IMG/VR virus record: IMGVR_UViG_2778261347_000025
Reading direction: 5' to 3' (one strand)
Origin: a virus
Taxonomy: Duplodnaviria; Heunggongvirae; Uroviricota; Caudoviricetes
Length of the DNA: 5,215 bases
Positions 1 through 5,215 of the stretch are shown here, piece by piece. Under the pieces are notes generated by a model that ran no database searches, was not told the origin of the DNA, and saw nothing but the letters and a program-made list of their open reading frames with translations. A program made the translations under genes and the position numbers. Each line of letters opens with the position of its first letter. Position 1 is the first letter of the stretch.

Positions 1-1239
1 ATGAGCAGGGCAATTCATAGACTTAGCGACACTCTTTTACGAAAATTAAGCGGATCACCAACCACAAAAAACACCTTTTTTAATGATGGTGGCAACCTTA
101 GCGTAAGGCATTCAACCAATGGCCTGTTAACCTGGTATTTCACTTACAGGGCCGGAACAGGCAGGAAGGTAGCCCCTGAACGTCTGAGGCTGGGAAATTA
201 TCCAGATTTGAGCCTGAAAGCAGCCAGGGAAAAAGCGTCGCAGTGTCGCGCCTGGCTTGCTGAGGGGAAAAATCCACGCCATGAGCTTAATCACACCGTA
301 CAGGAAGCGTTATCACCTGTTACGGTTAAGGAAGCGCTCACTTACTGGCTTGAATCGTACGCGAAGGAAAAGCGCACAGATTACGAATCTCTGAAAAGCC
401 GGATCAATACACACATAATCAGCCATATTGGTGCTATGCCGCTGGAAAAATGCGAGCTACGCCACTGGCTGACCTGTTTTGATCAGCTTGCTATGCGTAA
501 TCCGGTATCAGCAGGATTTTTGTTACAGGTATGCAAGCAGGCGCTTAAGTACTGCCGCAAACGACGCTACGCAATTACCAACGTTCTAGATGATATGGTT
601 GTAGGTGATGTTGGGAAAAAAGCAGAAATAAGCGAGCGCGTACTAACAAACAAGGAGCTTGGGGAATTACTACGCGCCCTGGATGAAAAAATTTACACAC
701 CGTACTACAGCGCCCTGATTCGCCTCCTGATTGTCTTCGGATGCCGTACCACTGAGCTAAGACGCTCTGAGGTCCAGGAATGGGATTTTACAGAAATGCT
801 CTGGACTGTGCCGAAAGAACACAGCAAAACGAAGGTAGCAATATTCAGGCCAATACCGGAAGCGATCTTGCCGTTCGTAACGAAGCTGGTGGAGCAGAAC
901 CGACACACGGGCTTATTACTCGGAGAACTGAAAGGGCAATCATCTGTATCAGAGTACGGAAGAACGGCACACAGACGCATTAATCAAGCCCTCTGGACGT
1001 TGCACGACATCCGGCACACGTTTACAACGATGCTGAACGATTTAGGCGTGGATCCTCATGTAGTGGAGCAGCTAACCGCGCACCAGTTGCCAGGAATGCA
1101 ACGAGTCTATAATCACTCCCGTTATCTCGATGCAAAACGTGACGCTCTTAATCTATGGGTTGAGCGTCTCGAGCTTCTCCAGAACAATGATGAAAAAATC
1201 GTTGTTATGACCCCGCGAATTTACTCCCAAAATTCTTGA
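1..1239 (+). CDS. int: Tyrosine-type site-specific integrase, P4-like (412 aa)
   Basis: ORF track 1..1239. N-terminal pattern LSD..GGNLSVR..WYFTYR..LRLGNYPDLSLKAAREKA resembles the P4 integrase arm domain. C-terminal catalytic region has R in GCRTTELRR, H-x-x-R in HDIRHTF and the likely nucleophile Y in RVYNHSRY. ATG sits at window position 1, so a start further upstream cannot be excluded. Confidence 0.9.
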   Translation: MSRAIHRLSDTLLRKLSGSPTTKNTFFNDGGNLSVRHSTNGLLTWYFTYRAGTGRKVAPERLRLGNYPDLSLKAAREKASQCRAWLAEGKNPRHELNHTVQEALSPVTVKEALTYWLESYAKEKRTDYESLKSRINTHIISHIGAMPLEKCELRHWLTCFDQLAMRNPVSAGFLLQVCKQALKYCRKRRYAITNVLDDMVVGDVGKKAEISERVLTNKELGELLRALDEKIYTPYYSALIRLLIVFGCRTTELRRSEVQEWDFTEMLWTVPKEHSKTKVAIFRPIPEAILPFVTKLVEQNRHTGLLLGELKGQSSVSEYGRTAHRRINQALWTLHDIRHTFTTMLNDLGVDPHVVEQLTAHQLPGMQRVYNHSRYLDAKRDALNLWVERLELLQNNDEKIVVMTPRIYSQNS

Positions 1240-1280
1240 CAAATTACGGCTGTTTTTCTTGCGAAAAATGGCCCTCTAAA

Positions 1281-1317
1281 ATAAATCGTCGAATATCGGC
1301 AAATATCGACGATTTAT
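1281..1317. repeat. Perfect 12-bp inverted repeat ATAAATCGTCGA / TCGACGATTTAT with 13-nt spacer, 42 bp downstream of the int stop
   Basis: Read directly: 1281-1292 is the exact reverse complement of 1306-1317. The spacer contains a short direct repeat AATATCG. No U-tract follows, so it is not a clean intrinsic terminator; it may be a protein-binding site. Confidence 0.5.
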
Positions 1318-1648
1318 ATGTGTCAAGTATTGAAAAAATTTGAAATGTCTTCTTCTTAGTTCTTATTCTCTGTTTCTTGATTGTTCCAACACCTGATGGT
1401 TTATCTATTTGTTTTTAATGAGGTAATTCAGGTGTCATGCCAAATGACGACATTTTTTGTTGCGTCGCTTAAAAACTCGTGACACGATTTTAAACACTAA
1501 CGAGCTTCTACGAACCTTAGCGAACAAAGCCTTTAGCATGGTTGTGTTTTTAATTTAAGAGGTGAAAAAGAATCTAAGTAATATCCGATCTCATATATCT
1601 ACAGCTAAGATAAAAGTTTATATACGTAATTTTTATGTAGGTTTTTGT

Positions 1649-1858
1649 ATGCGTGAAATAAATGAAGATCGCGTAATCCGTGAGGATGAATGTCGTAAGT
1701 TAACTGGAGTGTGCCGCACTACACGTTACGAACTGGAGAAAAAAGGGCGCTTTCCGTCACGTCTTAATCTGGGCGGTCGTTCTGTAGGGTGGCTGCTGTC
1801 CGAGGTTATGGAATGGGTTAAAAGCAGGGATCGTATTAATTCAGGTAAGGCAGCGTAG
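1649..1858 (+). CDS. alpA: AlpA-family phage/island transcriptional regulator (69 aa)
   Basis: Sequence MREINEDRVIREDECRKLTGVCRTTRYELEKKGRFPSRLNLGGRSVGWLLSEVMEWV matches the AlpA helix-turn-helix pattern (..TG.SRST.Y.L...G.FP....LG.RSV.W...EV..W). ATG at 1649 has AGGT 6 nt upstream. The track ORF starts at GTG 1562, but that N-terminal extension is not AlpA-like and would make the protein longer than typical AlpA (about 70 aa). Confidence 0.85.
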   Translation: MREINEDRVIREDECRKLTGVCRTTRYELEKKGRFPSRLNLGGRSVGWLLSEVMEWVKSRDRINSGKAA

Positions 1859-1874
1859 GGGGAACATATGACAC

Positions 1875-1904
1875 ATAAAACAAAGGCGACCTGGGGCGGT
1901 CGCC
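1875..1904 (-). terminator. Rho-independent terminator, oriented for the minus strand (weakly bidirectional)
   Basis: GC-rich stem GGCGACC (1885-1891) / GGTCGCC (1898-1904) with a 6-nt loop. On the minus strand the stem is followed immediately by TTTGTTTTAT (1884-1875). On the plus strand, 26 nt after the alpA stop, the trailing tract is only AGTTTGG. Confidence 0.5.
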
Positions 1905-1968
1905 AGTTTGGAAACACTAAACATAAGCATGGCAATGATAGCCTCTATCAGGCTGGTGGGCAATGCTA

Positions 1969-2145
1969 TCAGTCTGTTTCAGTGCGTTGCCATAACTGCG
2001 AAGCTCTCTCCTTTGATGAGTATTCTTTAAGGTACTTCTCAAGGGCAAAAGAACACGGCGCGAATCGTTCTGATTCATGCTCTTTCTTTCTGCGTCGTCT
2101 TTTTCGTGCAGGTGATGTTTTTTCGGTTGATTCTTCGTTGGTCAT
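1969..2145 (-). CDS. Hypothetical small highly charged protein (58 aa), or the C-terminal part of a longer interrupted ORF
   Basis: Hand-translated minus-strand ORF, ATG 2145 to TGA 1969: MTNEESTEKTSPARKRRRRKKEHESERFAPCSFALEKYLKEYSSKERASQLWQRTETD. Below the 60-aa track threshold. No convincing Shine-Dalgarno. In the same frame as the upstream ORF 2382..2203. Terminator lies 64 nt downstream. Confidence 0.3.
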   Translation of the reverse strand: MTNEESTEKTSPARKRRRRKKEHESERFAPCSFALEKYLKEYSSKERASQLWQRTETD

Positions 2146-2202
2146 TGTGTGCGCCTGTAAAGCAATGCGCCGGAGTTCCTCACACCACGGCGCTGATAGT
2201 GA

Positions 2203-2382
2203 TTATTCTGATTCTTTGGCCTTGCGACGCTGGCGGCGTTTGATCTCGCCTCGCATGGCTGTAACGATAAATTGCGCAGTGCTCTCGCCTGTTTCTTTTA
2301 CTTGCTCCATAGCCTCAACAACTTCATGCGGGGCGCGAGCCTGTAATTTCTGTGATTTGTTATTGATATGGTCTCTTTCCAT
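2203..2382 (-). CDS. Small DNA-binding protein candidate with a ribbon-helix-helix-like pattern (59 aa)
   Basis: Hand-translated minus-strand ORF, ATG 2382 to TAA 2203: MERDHINNKSQKLQARAPHEVVEAMEQVKETGESTAQFIVTAMRGEIKRRQRRKAKESE. AAGGGA Shine-Dalgarno (2395-2390) 7 nt upstream of the ATG. Layout is a short basic N-terminal segment, helix, G-x-S turn, second helix with hydrophobic face, then a basic tail, as in Arc/CopG/MetJ-type RHH proteins (inferred by eye). The coding strand is purine-rich. Confidence 0.5.
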   Translation of the reverse strand: MERDHINNKSQKLQARAPHEVVEAMEQVKETGESTAQFIVTAMRGEIKRRQRRKAKESE

Positions 2383-2401
2383 TTCTGGTTCCCTTTGTGA
2401 T

Positions 2402-2483
2402 TACTGGAATCCAGTATACACGAAAAAGACCAAAACAAAACGCTTGAAGTGGATTCCACTTAGTGATTATACTGGAATCCAGT
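2402..2483. promoter_or_regulatory. Operator-like array of three palindromes sharing a TGGAWTCCA core
   Basis: Read directly: TACTGGA-A-TCCAGTA (2402-2416), AAGTGGA-T-TCCACTT (2447-2461), ACTGGA-A-TCCAGT (2471-2483). Centres at 2409, 2454 and 2477 give 45- and 23-bp spacing. Sites 1 and 3 share the upstream flank GTGATT(A). The array lies between the minus-strand ORF start (2382) and the plus-strand operon. Confidence 0.55.
2444..2473 (+). promoter_or_regulatory. Candidate sigma70 promoter for the plus-strand operon (TTGAAG -18- TATACT)
   Basis: -35-like TTGAAG (2444-2449) and -10-like TATACT (2468-2473). It overlaps palindromes 2 and 3. On the opposite strand a perfect TATAAT (reverse complement of 2466-2471) could be the -10 for the minus-strand unit. 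Hexamer matches only, no experimental support. Confidence 0.3.
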
Positions 2484-2578
2484 TGAGTGTTTATCACTCA
2501 ATGCAAACGAGGCTGAAAAGGATTGCCGTCCTTTCGCAGCCTCTGACCACCAACGATAGCGAAAGTATCGAGGTAGCT

Positions 2579-2782
2579 ATGAGAAATCATACCATACACC
2601 CGCAAGGGCGGGACTCGCACAACCTGAATAAATACATCTGGCGTTTTATCGCCCTGAGCACGGCACAACCGCGCGTGATTACCATCGAGGCCACCAGCGA
2701 ACAGGAAACGCGTCAGCAATCTCCTGATGGCTGCGTGATGGTATTCGCCGCCCGTATTCGTCAGGGGGTGTTCCATGCCTGA
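2579..2782 (+). CDS. Hypothetical small protein (67 aa), first gene of the primase operon
   Basis: ATG 2579 preceded by GAGGT (2570-2574). Translation MRNHTIHPQGRDSHNLNKYIWRFIALSTAQPRVITIEATSEQETRQQSPDGCVMVFAARIRQGVFHA, with E. coli-preferred codons (CTG, CCG, CGT, GCC, ACC). It is the 3' end of the track ORF 1868..2782. An in-frame ATG at 2501 (93 aa) lacks a ribosome-binding site. Confidence 0.5.
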   Translation: MRNHTIHPQGRDSHNLNKYIWRFIALSTAQPRVITIEATSEQETRQQSPDGCVMVFAARIRQGVFHA

Positions 2783-3095
2783 CATGACCAATTACCAGTA
2801 CCTGATTAATCCGCATTTTAACTGTGAGCATGATATTGCTAAAAAAGTTTATTCCGCTGCGGATGGGGCTACTGACAATATATCAATGGGTATTGCGTCA
2901 ATTGGTAGCCTGATGTGGCATGCGTCAGAAAATAAGGAATATGACGAAAAGACCATGCGCATTGATATGGGTAATATCGGTTTGTTACTGGCAATGCTTG
3001 GGCAGTTTGATATTTCGTTACGGTGCACCATTGAAAATGCCACAGATGCATTAAATGCCATAGAGAAAGCGAATACTGATTCAAATCGGGGATAA
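2775..3095 (+). CDS. Hypothetical acidic protein (106 aa)
   Basis: ORF track 2775..3095. AGGGGG (2763-2768) sits 6 nt upstream of ATG 2775. The start overlaps the previous stop by 8 nt (ATGCCTGA), indicating translational coupling. No family recognised by eye. Confidence 0.6.
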   Translation: MPDMTNYQYLINPHFNCEHDIAKKVYSAADGATDNISMGIASIGSLMWHASENKEYDEKTMRIDMGNIGLLLAMLGQFDISLRCTIENATDALNAIEKANTDSNRG

Positions 3096-3101
3096 ATAAT
3101 C

Positions 3102-3401
3102 ATGAGAACTTATTTATCTGGCTTGACTGCCAGCGGTTATGCACACCCCAAAATTATCCCCGGCGCTATTTATCTGGATAAGAACGGTAACAGAGTAACG
3201 GTAAAAGAACTGATGTTTGACCGTGTGTATTTTATCCGTGATGGCTATTCATTTCATAGTTCGCTGAACGTGGAGATCTTTATTAGCAGATTCAGGCGGG
3301 AAATCCCGCTTTCCAGAAATAACCATGTGTCATGTATCGATGTTGATAAAAAACTACAGGAACTGAAAAACATGATTGCCGCGTGGAGAGAGCAGAAATG
3401 A
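3102..3401 (+). CDS. Hypothetical protein (99 aa) immediately upstream of, and coupled to, the primase
   Basis: ORF track 3102..3401. GGGGA lies upstream of ATG 3102. Its TGA stop (3399-3401) overlaps the primase ATG (3398-3400) as ATGA. No family recognised by eye. Confidence 0.6.
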   Translation: MRTYLSGLTASGYAHPKIIPGAIYLDKNGNRVTVKELMFDRVYFIRDGYSFHSSLNVEIFISRFRREIPLSRNNHVSCIDVDKKLQELKNMIAAWREQK

Positions 3402-5215
3402 AAAAAGCGCCAAATTTAAAACACCAGCCACGTGACAAAATGACGGAAGTCATCATTTTTGCGGGTAGTGATGCGTGGGCACATGCGAAGCAGTGGCAGG
3501 AACAGGACGGGCGACTGGCTGGCGATAACGTGCCACCTGTCTGGCTTGGAGAGCAACAACTTGCCGAACTGGACAACCTGCAAATCGTACCGGACGGACG
3601 CTATCGCGTGCGTCTCTATCAGGCGGGGTTATTGAGTCCGGGGCTTGTTAATACCATCGGGCAGAAACTGGCAGTGGCAGGTGTCAGGGATGCTGATTAT
3701 TACCCTGAAGGAATGCACAGCCAGAAACGGGAGAACTGGCGCGAATATCTGGAACGTGAACGGGCAGAGCAGGCGGAAAAGAAAAAGGTAGTTGAACTGC
3801 CTGTAAAGAAAAAAGAGCGGGTAAAAGACGATAACGCTTCATCACTGGCGCTTAACCAGATGGGAGCAAGTCAACGCGGCGAAGTTCTCCTGGCACATTA
3901 TGGCGGTGAACTGGCGATTCATGCTGACTCTGACACTGTTCACTATTACAACGGCGTTGTATGGGAGCCAGTACAGGATAAAGAATTACAGCGAGCTATG
4001 GCACAGATTTTCATTGATGCGGAGATCAGCTATTCGCAGAACGCCATTAAATCGGCGGTCGATACCATGAAGTTAAGTTTGCCTGTAATGGGGAATACAG
4101 CCCGTAACCTGATTGGATTCAGTAACGGTGTTTTTGATACCCGGACAGGCGATTTTCGGGAGCATAACAAAAACGACTGGTTGTTAATTGCCAGTGAATT
4201 ACCTTTCAGCCCACCAGCAGAGGGGGAAACGCTGGCAACACATGCGCCGAATTTCTGGAAGTGGTTACGCCGTTCGGTGGCTGAGAATGACCGCAAGGCG
4301 GATCGCGTACTGGCTGCATTATTCATGGTGCTGGCGAACCGGTACGACTGGCAGTTATTCATTGAGGTAACAGGTCCAGGGGGAAGTGGTAAAAGCGTGA
4401 TGGCGGAGATTTGCACCATGCTGGCGGGTAAGGCCAACACGGTATCGGCAAGCATGAAGGCGCTGGAAGATGCCAGGGAACGCGCGTTAGTGGTTGGCTT
4501 TTCGCTGATTATCATGCCGGATATGACCCGTTACGCTGGTGATGGCGCAGGAATTAAGGCCATTACAGGCGGTGACAAGGTGGCAATCGACCCGAAGCAT
4601 AAAGCCCCCTACTCAACACGCATTCAGGCGGTAGTGTTGGCGGTGAACAATAACGCCATGTCATTCAGTGACCGCAGCGGGGGGATTTCACGTCGTCGGG
4701 TGATATTCAATTTTTCGGAGGTTGTACCGGAAAACGAACGCGACCCCATGCTGGCAGAAAAAATAGAAGGAGAGCTGGCGGTTGTGATTCGCCACCTGCT
4801 TACTCGTTTTTCTGACCAGGACGAAGCTAAACGCCTGCTGTATGAGCAGCAGAAATCAGAAGAAGCTCTGGTGATAAAACGCGAGGGCGATTCGCTGGTG
4901 GACTTCTGCGGCTATCTCATGTCGTCGGTAATGTGTGATGGTCTGTTAGTGGGTAATGCCGAAATTATTCCGTTCAGTCCGCGCAGGTATCTTTATCACG
5001 CCTATCTGGCATATATGAGGGCACACGGATTCGGTAAACCTGTAACACTGACGCGCTTCGGTAAAGATATGCCGGGGGCAATGGCGGAATATGGCAGGGA
5101 GTATATGAAACGGAAAACGAAGCACGGTTTGCGTTCAAATGTGACCCTGACAGAGGATTCAGAAGACTGGATGCCATCATGTGCATCGGTCACAAATGAC
5201 GATGGAAAAAATTAA
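3398..5215 (+). CDS. Replication protein: P4-family primase / SF3-helicase-type NTPase (605 aa)
   Basis: Track ORF 3383..5215 begins at a GTG; the more likely start is ATG 3398 (MKKAPNLKHQ...) with GGAGAG 7 nt upstream. Walker A GPGGSGKS at 4373-4396, followed by a hydrophobic-D segment LIIMPD (4505-4522), as in the phage/plasmid primase P4-family C-terminal domain. The N-terminal roughly 120 aa (EVIIFAGSDAW ... RDADYY) has an E...DxD pattern compatible with a small Toprim-like domain (tentative), then a K/E-rich linker. Stop TAA is at 5213-5215, the window end. Confidence 0.85.
   Translation: MKKAPNLKHQPRDKMTEVIIFAGSDAWAHAKQWQEQDGRLAGDNVPPVWLGEQQLAELDNLQIVPDGRYRVRLYQAGLLSPGLVNTIGQKLAVAGVRDADYYPEGMHSQKRENWREYLERERAEQAEKKKVVELPVKKKERVKDDNASSLALNQMGASQRGEVLLAHYGGELAIHADSDTVHYYNGVVWEPVQDKELQRAMAQIFIDAEISYSQNAIKSAVDTMKLSLPVMGNTARNLIGFSNGVFDTRTGDFREHNKNDWLLIASELPFSPPAEGETLATHAPNFWKWLRRSVAENDRKADRVLAALFMVLANRYDWQLFIEVTGPGGSGKSVMAEICTMLAGKANTVSASMKALEDARERALVVGFSLIIMPDMTRYAGDGAGIKAITGGDKVAIDPKHKAPYSTRIQAVVLAVNNNAMSFSDRSGGISRRRVIFNFSEVVPENERDPMLAEKIEGELAVVIRHLLTRFSDQDEAKRLLYEQQKSEEALVIKREGDSLVDFCGYLMSSVMCDGLLVGNAEIIPFSPRRYLYHAYLAYMRAHGFGKPVTLTRFGKDMPGAMAEYGREYMKRKTKHGLRSNVTLTEDSEDWMPSCASVTNDDGKN

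Larger units (their letters stand above)
1..5215 (+). mobile_element. Partial P4-like / PICI-like integrative element (integrase - AlpA - control region - primase module); boundaries lie outside the window
   Basis: Co-linear int, alpA and P4-family primase genes on the same strand is the hallmark organisation of Gram-negative phage-inducible chromosomal islands and related integrative satellites (established knowledge). No att site or tRNA is visible inside the window. Confidence 0.6.

Noticed and set aside
705-983. ORFs 705..980 (-) and 780..983 (+) inside the integrase gene
   Set aside because: They lie entirely within the well-supported integrase ORF in other frames, with no ribosome-binding site and no protein-like motifs. 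Treated as frame artefacts.
1236-1269. TTGACA hexamer overlapping the int stop, and a weak hairpin TTTTTC-ttgc-GAAAAA (about 1254-1269)
   Set aside because: No -10 hexamer at a suitable distance from the TTGACA, and the hairpin stem is AT-only and too weak for a terminator. Not reported as features.
1562-1648. Upstream GTG start extending alpA to 98 aa
   Set aside because: The extension (MKKNLSNIRSHISTAKIKVYIRNFYVGFC) is not AlpA-like and the GTG has no properly spaced ribosome-binding site. The ATG at 1649 gives the typical AlpA length.
1726-1935. Minus-strand 69-aa ORF overlapping the 3' end of alpA and the terminator
   Set aside because: It is antisense to alpA, its translation is proline/leucine/serine-rich, and it crosses the terminator hairpin. 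Judged spurious.
1931-1972. Short direct repeats GGCAATG(A/C)TA (1931-1940 and 1959-1968) and CTATCAG (twice) near the 3' end of the downstream minus-strand ORF
   Set aside because: The repeats are short and imperfect, inside or adjacent to a putative coding region, with no obvious symmetry partner. Probably chance, though a binding site is not excluded.
1868-2782. Plus-strand 304-aa ORF with a GGGGGA ribosome-binding site just upstream of its ATG
   Set aside because: Its first roughly 210 residues are Cys/Ser/Arg-rich and low-complexity, and it runs through the terminator hairpin and all three operator palindromes. The open frame is better explained as the antisense shadow of the purine-rich minus-strand coding region 1969-2382. 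Only its 3' end (from ATG 2579, or possibly 2501) looks coding. A database hit to the N-terminal part would overturn this.
2498-3103. Minus-strand ORFs 2498..2791, 2849..3103 and 2869..3084
   Set aside because: They are antisense to the coupled plus-strand genes, which have ribosome-binding sites and coupling geometry. Their translations are Arg/Gly/Leu-rich or otherwise non-protein-like.
3292-5193. ORFs antisense to or nested in the primase: 3292..3576 (-), 4030..4515 (-), 4188..4370 (+), 4974..5186 (-), 5002..5193 (-)
   Set aside because: All overlap the strongly supported primase ORF. They have Cys/Ser/Arg/Trp-rich translations and no start-site signals.
1-5215. Search for CRISPR repeats, tRNA or rRNA genes and insertion-sequence terminal inverted repeats
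   Set aside because: No regularly spaced repeat array, no tRNA-like cloverleaf region and no transposase-like ORF were seen by eye. A cmscan or tRNAscan run would be needed to be certain about small RNAs.

Overview
This window looks like the integrase-proximal arm of a P4-like / PICI-like integrative satellite element, probably enterobacterial judging by codon style. All family assignments are by eye from motifs, with no database search. In order: a complete P4-type tyrosine integrase (1-1239); a roughly 410-bp AT-rich intergenic region with a perfect 12-bp inverted repeat; an AlpA-family regulator (1649-1858); a convergent minus-strand unit of two sub-60-aa ORFs (2382-2203 and 2145-1969) that share one frame across a single TAA and end at an intrinsic terminator (1875-1904); a divergent control region with three TGGAWTCCA palindromes (2402-2483); and a translationally coupled plus-strand operon of three small unknown genes (2579-3401) running into a P4-family primase/SF3-NTPase replication protein (3398-5215). 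The upstream minus-strand ORF has a ribbon-helix-helix-like pattern and, together with the palindromes, forms a candidate repressor/operator switch over the replication operon. No rRNA, tRNA or CRISPR array was seen. The most interesting unexplained content is that candidate switch and the three-gene cassette fused to the primase.
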